Shown here piece after piece: positions 59,926 through 64,000 of a stretch of DNA of 64,000 nt. A program made the translations under genes and the position numbers. The notes beneath the pieces are model-generated. The model was not told the origin of the DNA. It searched no databases and saw only the letters and a list, made by a program, of their open reading frames with translations. The number at the start of each line of letters is the position of its first letter. The first letter of the stretch is position 1. The DNA is from an uncultured delta proteobacterium (GTDB lineage: Bacteria; Myxococcota_A; Polyangia; Fen-1088): positions 256,001 to 320,000 of the forward strand of contig CAVTRY010000022.1 in NCBI GenBank assembly GCA_963737265.1. The letters are read 5' to 3'.

Positions 59926-61335
59926 TTGGACAGGATGGACAAAATGGACGAAGTGAAGATCTATCTTTCCGAACACGAGATCCCTCGAAAGTGGTACAAC
60001 CTCGCTGCGGATTTGCCGACGCCGATGCTGCCGCCGCTCGGTCCCGACGGCCAACCGGTCAGGCCTGAAATGTTGGCGCCGGTCTTCCCGATGAATCTCA
60101 TCGAGCAAGAGGTCAGCACCCAGCGCTGGATCGACATTCCGCCCGAGGTGCTGGACATCCTCTACCGTTGGCGGCCCTCGCCGCTTCGGCGGGCAGTGTA
60201 TCTGGAGCGCTTCCTAAAGACGCCGGCGCGCATCTACTTCAAGGACGAAAGCGTCAGCCCGGCAGGCAGCCACAAGCCCAACACCGCGGTGCCGCAGGCC
60301 TTCTACAACAAACAATTCGGCATCAAGCGCCTCACCACCGAGACGGGAGCTGGCCAGTGGGGAACCGCGCTTGCGTTTGCGTGCAACCTCATCGGTCTCG
60401 AGTGCAAGGTCTTCATGGTGCGCATCAGCTTCGACCAAAAACCCTTTCGCAAGCTGATGATGCAGGTGTGGGGCGCCAACTGCGTAGCCAGCCCCAGCAG
60501 CGAAACCAATGCCGGCCGCACCATCCTGGCTAGTATGCCCGACACGCCAGGCAGCCTCGGCATCGCCATCAGCGAAGCCATCGAAGCGGCGGTGAGCGAC
60601 GGAACCGGCGAGACCCGCTATGCCTTGGGCAGCGTGCTCAACCACGTGCTGCTTCACCAGACCATCATCGGTCTCGAAGCCAAGGAACAGCTCAAGAAGG
60701 CGGGCGAGAAGCTTCCCGACGTGGTGATCGGTTGCGCCGGCGGTGGCAGCAACTTCGCCGGGCTCGCGTTTCCCTTCACGTACGACAAGATCCACGGCGC
60801 GAAGATGAAGATCGTTCCGGTCGAACCGGCTGCGTGTCCCAAAATGACCAAGGGCAAGTTTGTCTACGACCACGGCGATGTGGCAGGCATGACGCCGCTT
60901 CTGCCCATGTACTCGCTCGGCCACACCTTCGTGCCCAAGCCCATTCACGCCGGTGGGCTTCGCTATCATGGGATGGCGCCCCTCGTCTGCCAGGGCGTCG
61001 TCGAGGGATTGTTCGAGCCCAAGGCCTACGACCAGCTCAAATGCTACGAGGCGGCCATGGTGTGGGCCAGAACCGAAGGCATGATCTGCGCGCCCGAGAC
61101 CAGCCACGCCATCGCGGCCACCATCGACGAGGCTGTCGCGTGCCGCGAGACCGGCGAAAAGAAGGTCATTCTTTTCAACTACAGCGGCCATGGTCTGATG
61201 GATCTGGCGGGCTACGACGCCTATTTGTCCGGCAAGCTGACCGACTATATGATGCCGAACGAAGAAATCGAGCAGAACCTCGCCAAGCTGGCGGGCATGC
61301 CCAAAGCTGAGTCCCGCAAGTCCGGCAAGTGGTAG
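59926..61335 (+). CDS. trpB2: TrpB2-type tryptophan synthase beta-like PLP enzyme
   Basis: [59 protein letters not shown]. Confidence 0.94.
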   Translation: MDRMDKMDEVKIYLSEHEIPRKWYNLAADLPTPMLPPLGPDGQPVRPEMLAPVFPMNLIEQEVSTQRWIDIPPEVLDILYRWRPSPLRRAVYLERFLKTPARIYFKDESVSPAGSHKPNTAVPQAFYNKQFGIKRLTTETGAGQWGTALAFACNLIGLECKVFMVRISFDQKPFRKLMMQVWGANCVASPSSETNAGRTILASMPDTPGSLGIAISEAIEAAVSDGTGETRYALGSVLNHVLLHQTIIGLEAKEQLKKAGEKLPDVVIGCAGGGSNFAGLAFPFTYDKIHGAKMKIVPVEPAACPKMTKGKFVYDHGDVAGMTPLLPMYSLGHTFVPKPIHAGGLRYHGMAPLVCQGVVEGLFEPKAYDQLKCYEAAMVWARTEGMICAPETSHAIAATIDEAVACRETGEKKVILFNYSGHGLMDLAGYDAYLSGKLTDYMMPNEEIEQNLAKLAGMPKAESRKSGKW

Positions 61336-61373
61336 CAAAGGGATAGGGCCGCCGCCCTCGGCGCGCGAGCCCA

Positions 61374-62780
61374 CTACGCGCCGAGGACGAGGAGCAAGCG
61401 AACGTCCTTGGTGCCGAGGCCATTGCCTACGTCGACGCCGACGAGCGGAATCGCGACGCTGCGCAGGTAGAAGCGCAGGCCCGCGCCCGCCGAGGTGTGG
61501 ATGTCCTTGTCCGGGTTGAATCCTTGGCGGAGAAACTCGGGCGGGAGGAACTGGCGGCCGTCAGCGCGCGGAAGATAGGCCGTTCCGTCGAGATTCTTTT
61601 CCGGTAATTGTCGGAACCAGATCGCAGCGGCGTCGTTGAACACCAGGCCGCGAACATCCAGGCCGCGGATGCTAAACAGGGGAAAGTGGTACTCGACCTG
61701 GGTGCGCAGATGGGTGTCGCCTTGAAACTGCCGATAAAGGTAGCCGCGCAGATTCGGTCCGCCGGCTGAATTCTCGGACCACAGCGGTAGGTTTTCTCCC
61801 GCGATACCGCCAGCGCGCACGATCAGGTTGTGTTGGCGAAAAAAGCGAATGCCGTGTTCGTAGGACACGCTGGCCTTCCAGTACCTGATGCTCGACTGAC
61901 TTCCCCAGCGAGGCGCGGCGTATTCGAAGCCGAACCCCAGCGCGTTGCCATAGGTGATGGCATGTTCGCGCGCTCGGTAATCGAAGGTGAGATTGACTGC
62001 AGCGCTGCCCCGGCGGGCACTGGCGGCCGCTGGCGGCGGCGGATCCCCCAAGGTCTGGGATACGGTTTGGCCGTTGGCGAGCAGGGTTGGGTTGGTGGGA
62101 TCGGCCAGGCGGGACCACAGCACGTCGTTCCGGTCGAGGTTCCAGCCGAACGACGTGCGCACCTTGCGGAACCAGGCGACACCAACGTTGGCTTCGAATC
62201 CGTAACTGCCCAGAAGGGTATTGCGGATGGGTTCAAGCGGCAGTCCCGGAATGTCGACGTTGGCGTACTCGGGAATGATCTGCGACTGATACTTGCCTTT
62301 AACCGTGAAGAAACCCCACGAGCCGAACACGGCGGGATCTTCGTAGGCAACCAGGATTCCCGAATCTACGTTCGAAATGCGGCCGCCAATAAGTCCGCGC
62401 TTGCCCGCGCCAAAGAGATTACCGTGCGCCAGCACTCCGCCCGCCGAAACGTTCCCGGGCGAATACGAAAATGTGGGCAGGGGCGCCCAAGGAAACTTCT
62501 CGGTGATCACGATGACGATGCGAACGCCCTCGCCATGCGGCTCCCAGTAGACGTTGACGTCGGCAAAGAGGCCCGAGGTGTGGAGGCGCTCGCGGGCGAT
62601 GTCGAGAGTGTCGAAGTGGAGCGGATCGCCGATGGAGATCCCAGCAATCGACCGCACCGTTTCCTCGTCGGTGCGTACCGCATTTTGGACGCGCACGTCG
62701 GTGATGACTTCCTCCTGCGCCCACGCGCGCGAGCTTGTCAGCGCACAAACTACGGCGAGGAGACTTGCAGAACGGCGCAT
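61374..62780 (-). CDS. Omp85/BamA-TamA family outer membrane protein with one POTRA
   Basis: Signal peptide; POTRA (RLHTSGLFADV); barrel with NLFG, LRGY and GAGLRF motifs. Confidence 0.85.
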   Translation of the reverse strand: MRRSASLLAVVCALTSSRAWAQEEVITDVRVQNAVRTDEETVRSIAGISIGDPLHFDTLDIARERLHTSGLFADVNVYWEPHGEGVRIVIVITEKFPWAPLPTFSYSPGNVSAGGVLAHGNLFGAGKRGLIGGRISNVDSGILVAYEDPAVFGSWGFFTVKGKYQSQIIPEYANVDIPGLPLEPIRNTLLGSYGFEANVGVAWFRKVRTSFGWNLDRNDVLWSRLADPTNPTLLANGQTVSQTLGDPPPPAAASARRGSAAVNLTFDYRAREHAITYGNALGFGFEYAAPRWGSQSSIRYWKASVSYEHGIRFFRQHNLIVRAGGIAGENLPLWSENSAGGPNLRGYLYRQFQGDTHLRTQVEYHFPLFSIRGLDVRGLVFNDAAAIWFRQLPEKNLDGTAYLPRADGRQFLPPEFLRQGFNPDKDIHTSAGAGLRFYLRSVAIPLVGVDVGNGLGTKDVRLLLVLGA

Positions 62781-63040
62781 CAGAGGAGCGAGTGTATCAG
62801 GGGGCCGCAAACCTTTGCCATGATCGAAGCCTTTGCCGCCTTTGCCATATCGCGGACGTCGAGGTGAATCGGTGGGTCTCAAGACGTGTCTATCAACCGC
62901 GGACCGAGCCCCGGCCGAGCGAGCAAGCCCGCCCGCGAGGCGCGACGAGCGCGCAGAGCGCGGGCTATGTGAGCGAGGAGTAACGAAGCGGGCAGGATGC
63001 GCAGCCGGACGGGCGACGGGAGCGATTGATGGACACGTCT

Positions 63041-64000
63041 TCAGCGGCGCTGGCCGACTGGGCGGTGTTGTTCTAGGTAATTTCGCGCGGCCGGGACATC
63101 CGCATCGTCGGGCGTCGCTCGTTCGACGAATTTTTCGTATGCCAAGGCCACGCGTGGATTGTACGAGGCGTCGACGCGGCTAAGGATCTCATAACCGATG
63201 CCGAGATCCTTCCAAACGGTAGGGCCGATGTCGAGCTTGCGCATGCCTGGATAAGAAGGGATCTTCAATTTCTCATCACCGCCGGCCTTGGCGACGAGGT
63301 CCTCAAGCAGGTTCACCGACATGCGCGCCGGAGCGGGGCTATTGCCGTGTTCGTTGCTGTACACCAAGGCCAAGTGGGCGCGACCGCCCTGGGTGGCCAT
63401 GACAAGCTGGCCAAGGGCAAATTCCCACGATCCCTCGTGCGCAGCAAGGGCGGGGACCACGCTGTAATTGCCCATGGCCTTGCCATCGCGGGCCTGCCAC
63501 TCCTCGAACGACGGGAACCGGCTCGCCGGCACCAGGGGGTGAACGAGGCCGTTCGTCGCCAGTTTGTACCCGTCTTTCCAGCTCTGCTCCCAGGTGTCCA
63601 GGCGGTCGATCACCACCAGCGGGCGCCTGGGATTTCCGTCGAGGAGTTTCTTGATGTTCCAGCCGCCCCTACCATACACGCCTTCGGGCAAGTACAGATC
63701 CGGGTACAGCCGCCGCTTGCGCTCGCTGTACCACGTGCGGCCGAGCAGCTCGCGATCCAAGTGGATGACGTCGGGCCGCAGTTTCTCCACCTCGCGGAAG
63801 TAGAAGACCGAGCCGGTGAGGTGATCCCCCATCGTGATCACGATGGCGTTTGGGGGAAGCGAGGCAAAGGCCGTGGTCACGAAATCGGAAAAGACCCGGT
63901 TGTTTCTCTCGTTGGCATCACTCGCGTGGGCGGTCACACCGACGGCAAGAATCAGCGCGGCGCTAGCGGGTGCCCAGCGAATGAGGCGTTCGAGCACTGG
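63041..64000 (-). CDS. DUF2723/TMEM260-like membrane protein, C-terminal part (5' end beyond window)
   Basis: LPPNAIVITMGD...Y...VEKLRPDV...L...WY pattern after a TM helix. Confidence 0.6.
   Translation of the reverse strand, partial: PVLERLIRWAPASAALILAVGVTAHASDANERNNRVFSDFVTTAFASLPPNAIVITMGDHLTGSVFYFREVEKLRPDVIHLDRELLGRTWYSERKRRLYPDLYLPEGVYGRGGWNIKKLLDGNPRRPLVVIDRLDTWEQSWKDGYKLATNGLVHPLVPASRFPSFEEWQARDGKAMGNYSVVPALAAHEGSWEFALGQLVMATQGGRAHLALVYSNEHGNSPAPARMSVNLLEDLVAKAGGDEKLKIPSYPGMRKLDIGPTVWKDLGIGYEILSRVDASYNPRVALAYEKFVERATPDDADVPAARNYLEQHRPVGQRR

Overview
Replication-origin region of a high-GC Myxococcota-type bacterium (probably Polyangia, inferred from TIGR02266-like PilZ proteins, a DUF4388 regulator and the pil operon). 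In order, the window holds a minus-strand rRNA operon (16S, tRNA-Ile, tRNA-Ala, partial 23S), hemD/hemB, proB/proC, tsaD-rsmA-mutM, rsmG overlapping a perfect parS, and frameshifted bioF/bioD. It continues with jag, carD, dnaA-oriC-dnaN-recF-gyrB, rpmH-rnpA-yidD-yidC-trmB, uvrB, pilB-pilT-pilC-pilS, a HelD-like helicase, SRP RNA, three PilZ genes, a VapBC pair and metabolic genes. Most of it is core genome, with no CRISPR array, prophage or transposase. The most unusual points are: (1) an origin-linked DnaA lacking domains I-II; (2) a sharp G/C strand-skew flip at parS; (3) a CCA-adding-enzyme-like HD protein without its catalytic head, next to the SRP RNA, while both tRNA genes lack an encoded CCA; (4) a Zn-finger protein with tandem RxxxR motifs near the PilZ genes. 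Two or three +1 frameshifts in housekeeping genes suggest some sequencing or assembly indel error. All calls come from motif recognition by eye; no database searches were run.
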